Origin: Octopus sinensis
Lineage: Eukaryota
Direction of reading: 5' to 3'
NCBI RefSeq assembly: GCF_006345805.1
Contig: NC_043023.1
Coordinates: 2,418,001-2,482,000, forward strand
Length of the DNA: 64,000 bases
The first letter of the stretch is position 1, and the number at the start of each line of letters is the position of its first letter. Shown in pieces: positions 13,484-24,210 of this stretch. The translations under genes were made by a program, and so were the position numbers. Below the pieces are notes generated by a model, which saw only the letters and a list, made by a program, of their open reading frames with translations, had not been told where the DNA came from and ran no database searches.

Positions 13484-14573
13484 AGGAGGTTCCTGGATTA
13501 ATTAGTTCCTGGATTAATTATGTTCACTAAAAAATATTTTATTTACGTGTTTTAACATCATCCCCTTTGAAATAGTCACCTTGCAAAGCAATGCACCAGT
13601 CCTAGTATTCCTGCCACTTTTGGAATCTACCCTGGGAATTGTTTTCTGTAAGTGAGTCAAGGACTTTCTGCAAATCTCTTTGGATTTTGACGGTGGTGTT
13701 AAAACAACAACTTTAAGCTGCTTTTTTGTCTTGAGGAAGAGATGGAAGTCTGCAGTGGATAAATTTGGTGAATAAGGCATGTATTGAAGAAATACCTTGC
13801 TGTTTTTTGGCAAGAAATTCATAAGTGAGGAGAGCTCTGTGATAGGGTGCTCAACCGATCCAATCACTTTTGCTGAATGCTTCCCTTAACTGTCTCAAAA
13901 TGTCACAGTTGAACTTTCAATTGACCATCTGGCCCTGGGGGGACAAATTCTTGATACACAATACCACAGATGTCAAAAAAAAAAAAACGATGTGTATGTT
14001 CTTGATTGAGCTGAGGCTCTGTTGTGCCTTATTTGGTCATAGAGATAAAGGGCTCTTCCAATGTGATGACCGCTGCTTCACCTCAGGATTGAACCCGTAG
14101 ACCCAACTTTTGTTACCAGCAATGATCTTTGTCATGAAGGATGGGTCATCAGTGGCACGCTGATGGAGGTAGGTAGGGTCTGACATGATGTTCCTTCTGC
14201 TTAGTGGTCAGCATGCGAGGGACAATCTTGGCAGAGACAGGCTGCATATTCAATTCAAACTTTAGGATTATTTGCACGAGCCCAAAAATGCTTGACCAAG
14301 GACATCAATAATATCGTTTTATATTTAAGAGATGAGGAATTATGAACATTATTTACATTATTTACATTATTTACATTTGACGGATATTTGTCCTCATCTT
14401 GTTTGTTTTTAACACAACATTTCAGCTGATATACTCTCCAGCCTTCTTCAGGTGTCTTGTGGAAATTTCGAACCTGGGTTCTCATTCATAAGGTATTTTT
14501 CAATGTTGTTGTTGTTATTATTACTATTAACCCCAAGATTCCGAGTTCACTTCCAAGCAGTGACCTGAACAAT

Positions 14574-14619
<46 letters not shown>

Positions 14620-15358
14620 TTAAAAATAGTAATAACAATAATAATAATAATAATAATAATAATATTAAAAATAGTAATAACAATAATAATAATAATAATA
14701 ATACTAATAATAACATCGAAGAATACTTTAGGAATGAGAACCCAGGTTTGAAATTTCCCCAAGACACCTGATAAAGGCTGGAGGGTATATCAGCTGAAAT
14801 GTTGTGTTAACAACAAACAAGATGAGGACAAATATCTGTCAAATGTAAATAATATAAATAATGTAAATAATGTATATCGATAATCTTGTTGGTTGTTCTC
14901 CAATGATTCTCATGCTCATGCTGATGAATTTTCTGCACATTTCTGGGGTCACAATCGTGGCAGGTTTTCCAGATCCCTAATCATGTTTCAGAGACATTCT
15001 TCCACTTTTGAAGCACCAATGCCATTGGAAACATTGCATACAACCCATTACCTTCATTGTTGTAAGCTTGCCAGAGCATGCTCAATGTCTCTGTAGCAGA
15101 CTTCCCATGTTCAATGCAAAATTTCACTTTGGATCTTCGTTCCAACTTCCTGTCCAAGACAGAAATTGCAGACTACAGCATACGTGTGATCCCAAAAGCA
15201 CAAATTTCACAACTTGCAAAGTAAAGACAGCAATGTCATTTAGCACACTGCTTGATGAAGGTCACTGCTAGCTCTCACTGCACATGCGACCATGTGCTGC
15301 CACCTGTTGATGCACTACAGAACCAGTCCAGGAACTTTTTGATACTACCTCTTATATG
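13484..15358 (-). mobile_element. Decayed mariner transposon (irritans-like), split by an insertion at 14313-14875
   Basis: N-terminus ERRSKVKFCIEHGKSATETLSMLWQAY...FQWHWCFKSGR (15150-14890), MQPVSAKIVPRMLT near 14240, and C-terminal PYSPNLSTADFHLF. Terminal motif GTTCCTGGA(C/T)T at both ends. Confidence 0.85.
14313..14875. mobile_element. Penelope-like terminal fragments in inverted orientation (~175-bp arms) around an (AAT)n spacer
   Basis: Arms 14346-14525 and 14695-14873 are reverse complements; 9-bp TSD-like ATCAATAAT/ATCGATAAT; each arm carries a decayed hammerhead motif. Confidence 0.7.
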
Positions 15359-15394
15359 TATATGTATGTATATATATATATATATATATATATA

Positions 15395-15779
15395 CTAGCA
15401 GTATCGCCCGGCGTTGCTCGGGTTTGTAAGGGAAATAACTATAAAGCATTTTTAGAGAGTTATAGCCAAAAAATAGCAAAAAAATGGAAAAAAATGATGG
15501 TAAATTTTTTTTTGAGATTTTAAAAAGGTGGAGTTGCGTCCCCTAGACAGTTTGTGGTTCGTGTTTCTGATTCTCGACGCCATGTCGAATTTATCGATTT
15601 TTTTCAGAACTGGGGGAACTTTTCAACATTTTCGCTGCGTTAGTTTTGAATTATGACATTGGGCTATGTGTGTGTCAAGTTTCATCAGAATCGGTTGAAA
15701 GCCGTGGTCGGGGTGAGGGTACAAGCAAACAGACACACAGAAACACGCACAGACAAACTGCCGTTTATATAGAGAGAGA
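15395..15779 (-). mobile_element. Non-autonomous Helitron-like element
   Basis: On the minus strand: 5' TC, subterminal hairpin CCCGAGCAACGCCGGG, 3' CTAG, inserted between A and T. Confidence 0.8.
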
Positions 15780-16187
15780 TATATATATACAAAGTGAGAT
15801 AGGGGTTATGAGTGTAACCTACTATGGGATATCAGTTATCCAATATACTGCTATATATATATATATTTATAAATATAATTAAGGGTTTGGTAACAAGTTG
15901 CTTCACTACATACCCATATACCCAAAAGGCAAATACATAAATGCTTATAATTGCAATGCAGTTAATTCATTTATTGTATTATATGGGCGAAGGTAAAATA
16001 TTTTACCTCAAATTCATAATACAAATAAGAAAATGGAAGAACAGATTCCTTTCAATCATCGACTTACAGATATTACCAATTCATATTATTTATTAACTAC
16101 TTAAATAGGAACATCCAAATCCAACAAAATAAAACAATATACATCAATAAGTAAGATAATACCATAAAAATAATACATATAAAATGG

Positions 16188-16311
16188 ATCTTACAGCTGT
16201 TTCAGCCTGTAGATAAAGGTATCTAATTGGGCCTATATTAGTCATATGTTTTGAGGTAATATGCACTTAAAAATGAGTTACTTATATATGTCTCAAGGCC
16301 TCGTCAGAGAT
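16188..16311 (-). ncRNA. Type I hammerhead ribozyme motif (minimal, Penelope-associated style), left arm
   Basis: ATCT-CTGACGA-GGCCT-(~88-nt loop)-AGGCT-GAAAC-AGCT-GTA-AGAT on the minus strand. Confidence 0.75.
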
Positions 16312-16388
16312 TATAAAGTACAATTATAAAAATATAAAAATGCAAATATAAATATGAAACAAAATACACATATACATTGTACTTTATA

Positions 16389-16513
16389 ATCTCTGACGAG
16401 GCCTTGAGACATATATAAGTAACTCCTTTTTAAGTGCATATTACCTCAATTACATTTGACTAATATAGGCCCAATGAGATACCTTTATCTACAGGCTGAA
16501 ACAGCTGTAAGAT
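16389..16513 (+). ncRNA. Type I hammerhead ribozyme motif (minimal, Penelope-associated style), right arm
   Basis: Stem I ATCT(16389-92)/AGAT(16510-13); core CTGACGA 16393-99; stem II GGCCT/AGGCT; GAAA 16498-501; palindromic stem III ACAGCTGT; GUA triplet, predicted cleavage after 16509. Confidence 0.75.
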
Positions 16514-16718
16514 CCATTTTATATGTATTATTTTTATGGTATTATCTTACTTATTGATGTATATTGTTTTATTCTGTTTTATTCTGTTGGATTTGGATGT
16601 TCCTATTTAAGTAGCTAATAAATGATATGAATTGGTATTATCTGTAAGTTGATGATTGAAAGGAATCTATTCCTCCATTTTCTTATTTGTATTATATATA
16701 TATATATATATATTTATA

Positions 16719-16922
16719 AATATAATTAAGGGTTTGGTAACAAGTTGCTTCACCACATACTGAAAATTTAGAAACAGCAGCCAAAGACAGCTAATTCTTT
16801 TAACTACAAACATGACTCCACAGACATATTTGTAGTTAATAGAATTAGCTGTCTTTTGGCTGCTATTTCTAAATTTTCAGTATGTGGTGAAGCAACTTGT
16901 TACTAAACCCTTAATTATATAT
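16719..16922. repeat. Second inverted repeat: ~95-bp arms, 10-nt loop
   Basis: AATTAAGGGTTTGGTAACAAGTTGCTTCACCACATAC... pairs with ...GTATGTGGTGAAGCAACTTGTTACTAAACCCTTAATT. Confidence 0.93.
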
Positions 16923-17193
16923 ATATAAGGGTTTTTTTCTCCTTACCAAAACTACTTGGTAAAATTGATTAATTATTAAATTAATAATTCTTTACCCTAT
17001 ATCTGGAAACAACTTCGGTGGCAATACCAGAATAAGGAGCTATTTCTAGCACTGGAGTTAACCACTTAACGTTAACTCTCTTATATTTACGTATAAATTT
17101 GTACTGTCTCCCTGGTTTTTATGTGCTAGGCCACTTGGTGTTAAACTGACGGTATTATTAAATTAATATCTAATTTTTCACCCTCATTTATGA

Positions 17194-17278
<85 letters not shown>

Positions 17279-17569
17279 TACATACAAACAGACAGGCAGG
17301 CAGACAGGTAGGTAGATTAATTAATTGATCAATCAATTGGTCTTGGCAATTAGCTTTGTAGCACTTTCACCTATATCAGTCTAACAGTTTGTTCCAAAGG
17401 GACTCCATAAACTTTCCAAGTCATTCAATTGGTCAATAGCAGTCCCTCGGAAGATAGACATTTGTTTAATGATTCCAGTCATTTTGCAACTCCAATTTTG
17501 TATCAGTGAGATAATTACTCCATGTTATGCAATGTATAATGTAGTAAAGAAAATCAGAACATATGACTC

Positions 17570-17682
17570 CACATATTGCTACACAGGTTTCAATGGCATG
17601 GTTATTTATTCAATAGTGGATAACAATTACCCAAGATTACATAACTTCATAGCCATGTCATTTCATCAGGTGAAATTATGTG
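17570..17682 (-). ncRNA. Candidate type I hammerhead ribozyme with extended stem II
   Basis: Minus strand CTGATGA-AATGACATGG...CCATGCCATT-GAAAC-CTGT-GTA; stem II pairs 9 of 10; stem I is one proximal C-G pair, an internal loop, then CACATA/TATGTG. Confidence 0.55.
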
Positions 17683-17929
17683 TAGCTGTGTAATATTGCC
17701 TAATTACTATGCATTGTTTAATAAATAGCCATGCTACTGAAATGTGTGTAGTGATGGCTTGAGCTATCCATTCTTTTTACTTTATGCCAAGAGTTAGTGT
17801 CATTATTTAGTGTCAGTGTTGCTTGTTTGCTTGTTATATTACGATTGTTGAATATTGTTATTGTGTATGTTTAATGCACCACTGTTTTACTGCTTTGTGG
17901 TGGTCCTGTTGTTGTTTTCCCCTCGTTTG

Positions 17930-19285
17930 AGTGGGGAAGCGCTTTTGGTATATCATGAACACTGGTTGTGAAAGGTTAAGTCTTTCTGATGTGGATTCGT
18001 TGGAGAATGAATTAATGGAATTCTTGGATAACAGAGACAAGGAGCTGTCAAGAGGGAAAAGGATAATGAATATCAACAGGAAAAGTATCAAAATTTTGCA
18101 GCTGCAGCCGACACTTCGAAATATGAGATAAAGTTTGAAATGCAGGATTTAATGAAGTACAAAGACTTGTTCAAAAAAGGAGGGGCACAAAATTGAACTG
18201 ACTCCTCCTAGCAGAGTTAGTCAAGATACATCGAAGAAAATATTTAAAATGTCTTTAGTCAAAGAGAAAAATATACATGTGGCAACAAAGGTTCAAATCA
18301 AGAAGTGCTTGAGACCGATCTGGCCTGAAATTGCATACCTGGCCAGGGGTAACAAATATGCTTCAGTGGAAGAGCGGTTTCAAACGGAGGAAATGACCAG
18401 GCAACACTCTGTGGCCTCCCTGAAGACAGATGATGAAGTGATTCTACTACCATCATACCTTGGAAAATGAACTTCTAGGGTAAAAGTCAAAGAAATCCCA
18501 CCAGAGGTGGATGTTGCCTGGCTGGCAGCAGTGATATCATTAGGCTTGGAGGAGAGGATAACAATCCTTCAAGCATCAAGAATACCAAAGCAAAACTAAC
18601 TAGGGCAGGGTCTGGAGATGATCATCCCAGCTGCCCCAGATGACATAGAAAATATTGTGGACACCACTTTGGTGGGTGACGAGATTGAGGGTAGTGGTGA
18701 AGGGCAGGAAACCTCGATGCTTCGAGTGTGGCTAGAAAGGCCACATAAGAGCAGAATGCCCTCCACCTCCTGCAAAAGCACTGGTGGTACCTCCAGTGGT
18801 GAAGGAAACTGCACCTCCACCTCATACAGTGACAAACACAGAGACAGAGGAGAAATGTGATGAGAAAGGGATAAAGGTGCCAGAGGAAAACGACGGACCA
18901 ACGTCTCCAAGAAGAAAAGGTGAAAGAGGAGGAATAACCACTCCACGGATACTAGCCTCCACCCTACTCCCACAGACACCATCCCTCACCCAGACCCAGA
19001 CACTGACCCAGAACCTGCACATACAGGTACACTTACAAATACACAGGAGCTTCAAATCACCCAACCCCTGCACCACAAAAAACAGCTTTTGCATTGTTAT
19101 ATGAGACAAGGAAAGCAACACTAGCGAAAAAGGTCGAAGAACTAAAGTCAATCATAAGGGTGAACTTGCCGAGCGGGGGTGTTTCCCTTTATTTGAGACA
19201 TATGCTCATTGATAGGGAGAGCCACCGTGAAATGAAAGAGACATGTGGGTCAGACATTGGCCCCTTGGGAGTGGAGGTAGTCTAG
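17930..19285 (+). pseudogene. LINE ORF1 (gag-like, Tx1/L1 type) remnant with CCHC zinc knuckle
   Basis: 18718-18759 encodes C-F-E-C-G-*-K-G-H-I-R-A-E-C (CX2CX4HX4C); the surrounding frames are broken by stops and frameshifts. Confidence 0.75.
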
Positions 19286-19630
19286 ACCATTAAGACTATC
19301 CTGCAGAGACCTGAATAAGTGGAAATCCAAAGGAGCAATATCTGGTGAATATGGAGGGTGGGGTAACACATCCCAGCCGAGCTGCAGCAATTTTTGTCTG
19401 GTTCCCAAAGCATCAAGTGCTGAAAATGAACTTTCTTATCTTCCATTTTAAAGGGTTACAGAATTAACACAGGTTATAGGAACATAAACCTTCTTCCAAG
19501 AAAAGATAGCTTAAACTGTGCTCTAAATGGAGGTGGAGTCAAATCCTATTTTATGGACTCAACCACGTTCTAAAATAAGTCAAAAGATAAGCTACTATAA
19601 ATCGGCATGGACTTAATGGACAACCCAATA
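19285..19630 (-). mobile_element. Internally deleted mariner (mellifera-like), copy retaining the 5' TIR
   Basis: Reverse complement of 50330-50620; TIR TATTGGGTTGTCCATTAAGTCCATGCCGATTT; reads ...PYSPDIAPLDFHLFR. Confidence 0.85.
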
Positions 19631-20111
19631 ATATTGATATAAATGTAAATTTGTAATCCAGATATAGAAGCTGGCAGTTCTGAAGCAGTTACTCTTTTAC
19701 TCTTTTACTTGTTTCAGTCATTTGACTGCGGCCATGCTGGAGCACCGACTTTAGTCGAGTAACTTGACCTCAGGACTTATTCTTTGTAAGCCCTGTACTT
19801 ATCCTATCGGTCTCTTTTGCCGAACCGCTAAGTGACGGGGACATAAACACACCAGCATTGGTTGTCAAGCAATGCTAGGAGGACAAACACAGACACACAG
19901 ACATACACGCACACACATATGTATATATATATATATATATACATATATCCGACGGGCTTCTTTCAGTTTCCGTCTACGAAATCCACTCACAAGGCTTTGG
20001 TCGGCCCGAGGCTATAGTAGAAGACACTTGCCCAAGGTGCCACGCAGTGGGACTGAACCCGGAATCATGTTGTTGGTAAGCAAGCTGCTTACCACACAGC
20101 CACTCCTGCGC

Positions 20112-20305
20112 CTAAGTTGTCCATGATTATTTTCTTTCTCTTTGATTTTCAAAGAGATGTTCACATCAGCAAGACAGCTGACCTCTATGATGGTACATAC
20201 ATTCGCTTGTCTGTCCCAAACAACAATATCCAGTCTGTTATGTTTACAGATGTTTTGATGAGAATATTCCACCAGTATTCCTTGCTCTGGTATTTGTGTA
20301 TGTTA
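20112..20305 (-). pseudogene. Restriction-like endonuclease (RLE) LINE fragment
   Basis: HNRLDIVVWDRQANVCTIIEVSCLADVNISLKIKEKENN fits the PD..(D/E)xK RLE motif of R2/R4/NeSL-type LINEs. Confidence 0.75.
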
Positions 20306-22189
20306 TAGGTGTAGGAGTGGCTGTGTGGTAAGTAGCTTGCTTATGAACCACATGTTTCCGGGTTCAGTCCCACTGCGTGGCACCTTGGGCAGGTGTCTTC
20401 TACTATAGCCTCGGGCAGACCAAAGCCTTGTGTAGACAGAAAGCCTTTGGTAGACAGAAACTGAAAGAAGCCCATCATATATATGTATATATATGTATGT
20501 GTGTGCGTGTGTATATATATGTGTGTGTGTGTATGTTTGTGTGTCTATGTTTGTCCCCCTCCAACATTGCTTGACAACCGATGCTGGTGTGTTTACGTCC
20601 CCATAACTTAGCGGTTTGACAAAAGAGACTGATATAATAAGTACTAGGCTTACAAAGAATTAGTCCTGGGGTTGATTTGCTTGACTAAAAGCGGTGCTCC
20701 AGCATGGCCACAATCAAAATTACTGAAACAAGTAAAAGAGTGAAAGAGAAAAGTGTATTCAATAACAAGGGGATTCTCTATAATTCATTCTAGGACAGTC
20801 TTTTTTCCAAAAGGGTACATCACAACATAGTGATCTCACATCAAGATAAACAGCACATGACCTTGCAGGTGGGGCCCAGTTAGAATTTTCTTCAGGTTGA
20901 GTAGCCCATCCCACTCAAAAGGTCCCTGAATGAGGGTTGGTTAAGGATGTTGAACAAAACACTCATGTTCCAAAGGTGAATTATTCAAACTCCAAAGAAT
21001 TCTCCTCCATATATGACTATGATATGTATATTATGGAGATGTACTTACATAGCAAGTGACCTGATCTGAGATCGTGTGCTGGAATGAAAACAATTGCAGC
21101 ATGGAAGGTGTTTATAAGCCATTTAAGATGCCACATGGAATTTTGTCAGTGAACAGGTCGCGGTCTCAAAGACATGAAAATATTTTGGCAAATTAAATTT
21201 AAATGTTTAAGTGGATCTATTGGTTTTTCTGTGTTTCTTAAATGGCTTATAAACACCTTCCATGCTGCAATTGTTTTTGATATGTATATTGTTTCTGCAA
21301 CAATGTCAGGTCGTATAGGGATGTAATCCTTTGATGGCATTTTTGGGCAGCTGCTAATCCCATATGGAATGTCTTCCACAGAAATATAACAATTCTACAG
21401 TTATGGTTGCATCTTGGAACTCCAAGGACTTCACTGTCACTTTTGTTGATTAGGTGGAAATTGTAGTTGTGATACCTATGCCGGTGGCACGCAAAATGCA
21501 CCATCCGAACGTGGTTGATACCAGCGCCACCCTGACTGGCTTCTGTGCCAGTGGCACGTAACCTGCTGTGCTCAAGGAGACCTATTGAGTCAAGTACATC
21601 AACATCAAAATATCAAATGGAAATTGTAGTTCTGATACCTGTGCCGGAAGCACGTAAAAAGCACCAACCGATCGTAGTCAATACCAGCGCTGCCTTGACT
21701 GACTTCTGTGCCAGTGACACATAAAAAGTACCAACCGATCGTGGTCAATACTAGCGCTGCCTTGATTGGCTTCTGTGCCGGTGGCACGTAAAAAGCACCA
21801 GCCAATCGTGGTCGCTGCCAGCCTACCCTGGCACCTGTGCTTGTGGCACGTAAAAAGCACCCACTACACTTACGGAGTGGTTGGTGTTAGGAAGGGAATC
21901 CAGCTATAGAAACACTGCCAGATCAGACTGGAGCCTGGTGCAGCCTCCTGGCTTCCCAGACCCCGGTCGAACTATCCAACCTGTGCTAGCATGGAGAACG
22001 GACGTTAAATGATGATGATGATAATGATGATGATGCAGTCTCCTGTTCTTTGATTGCAAATGCATAGCCTTCGAAGGGTGATGTAGCAGTCACGGAAAAG
22101 GCTTCACTTCCTGTCTGTTTATCTGTCTGTCTATCTATCTATCTATCATCCTATCTGTTTATCTATTAATCTACACTTCCTGTCAATGT

Positions 22190-22440
22190 TACTATCTTCT
22201 TCAAGTCTGTGAAAAAAACCTACCCATGCATGGTCTTTTGTTTTGGTATTCTGAGCATTTCACTTCCAGATCTTCTTTGAGGTATATTGGTCCAGCTGAT
22301 TTGGGGTTGCATGGGAGGTCATCAGGAAGAGAGTACTTCATGAGGAGCCCTCTTGCAACACATAGGATGTTGTTTCCTTCACTTTTCAACACCCAGTCCA
22401 TGAATTTGTTTTTGCTGCTGTTTTTTATCAAGCGCTAACC
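22190..22440 (-). pseudogene. Probable R4/Dong-like LINE fragment
   Basis: VARGLLMKYSLP... followed by frameshifted QKTMHG, resembling the K.(L/M)HG motif before the RLE zinc finger. Confidence 0.45.
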
Positions 22441-23898
22441 AACAGCTGATGGGGTCACATAAAAAACAACAGTGATGGTACCATGTAAAAATCACTGGTG
22501 AAGGTACCATGTAAAAAGCACAGTTGATGGTGTCACATAAAAGGCACTGGTGCTGGTGCCACTTAAAAGGCACTTGTGCTGGTGCCACTTAAAACGCACT
22601 GGTGATGGTGCCACTTAAAAAGCACTGTGGATAGTGCCACATAGAAGGCACTGGTGCTGGTTTCACATAAAAAGCTTGGTGATAGTATCATGTAAAAAGC
22701 ATCAACTGCACTTTGTAAATTGGTTGGCATTAGGAAGGGCATCAAGGTGTAGAAACCAAATCAAAAACAGACAATGCAGCCTGGTGTGGCCTCTTGGCCT
22801 TGCCAATTCCTGTCAAGGCATCCAACCCATGTTCACATGGAAAACTGATGTTAAATGTTACTCTGATACTCTTTTACTCTTTTACTTGTTTCAATCATTT
22901 GACTGTGGCCATGCTGGAGCACCACCTTTAGTCGAGCAAATCGACCCCAGGACTTATTCTTTGTATGCCTAGTACTTATTTTATCGGTTTCTTTTACCAA
23001 AACGCTAAGTTACGGGGACGTAAACACACTACCATCGGTTGTCAAGCAATGTTGGGGGGGGACAAACACAGACACACAAACATATACACATACACATACA
23101 TATATATATACATATTTACGATGGAATTCTTTCAGTTTCCATCTACCAAATCTACTCACAAGGCATTGGTCAACTCAAGGCTATAGTAGAAGACACTTGC
23201 CCAAGGTACCACACAGTGGGACTAAACCCGGGACCATGTGGTTGGTAAACAAGCTGCTTACCACACAGCCACTCCTATGCCTTGATGATGATGATGATTG
23301 TAATGATGCTAAAAACTATAGAAAAACGAACAGTGTAGATGGAACAGAGAACAAAAGCGAAACTAGAAACCAAGTGACAAATACAACTGTCAGAGGAGAA
23401 AGAGAGAGAGAGAGAAGAACCAGAAGACAGAAGCTGTTTGAGAGAAGACAGAAGCTTGTATAGGAGATGTGCTGTTGACAAGGCTGACAGTTGGCCAAGC
23501 AAAAATCGTGTAGAGACTGGAAATGTCTGTAGTCCAAAGACAGTAAAAGAAGGAAGAATTCTGGAAGAAAACAAACTAATGTAGAATGGTAACTGTTGGA
23601 AGATATTGTCTTCTTTTCTTCCTCCGTTGACGCGAGATGAAGTAATTAGTATGTAATTATCACATGAAATAAGAACAGCAACAACAATAATTATGACGAG
23701 AACAACAATGATGATAATAATAATCCTTTCTACTATAAGCACGTCGACCCCAGTATTCAACTGGTACTTAATCTATTGATCCTGAAAGGATGAAGAGCAA
23801 AGTCGACCTCGGCAGGATTTGAACTCAGAATGTAAAGACAAACGAAATGCTACCAAGCATGTTGCCCCGTGGGCTAACGACTGTGCCAGCTCACTGCC

Positions 23899-23932
<34 letters not shown>

Positions 23933-24171
23933 CGATGATGACAACGACGACGATAATCTTTTCTACTCCGGGCCCAAAATTTTTGTAGAAAGGTGGAGGC
24001 CAGTCAATTAGATTAACTTCAGTACACAACTGGTACTTAATTTATCGACTCCAAAAGGATGAAAGGCAGAGTTGACCTCAGCAGAATTTGAACTCAGAAC
24101 ATAAAGACAGATGCCCAACATGCTAACGTTGGGCATGCCCAACATGCTAACGTTTCTGCCAGCTTGTCACC

Positions 24172-24189
<18 letters not shown>

Positions 24190-24210
<21 letters not shown>

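Larger units (their letters stand above)
16016..16695. repeat. Long inverted repeat: arms 16016-16324 and 16376-16695, 51-bp spacer, about 96% identity by eye
   Basis: Manual reverse-complement alignment gave about 11 substitutions and one 10-bp duplication. Confidence 0.95.

Noticed and set aside
16880-16912. GTGGTGAAGCAACTTGTTACTAAAC as a degenerate hammerhead in the second palindrome
   Set aside because: Several invariant core positions differ in both arms.
17469-17693. 74-aa plus-strand ORF with AG/GT-like boundaries
   Set aside because: No recognisable protein, and the opposite strand is better explained by the hammerhead candidate.
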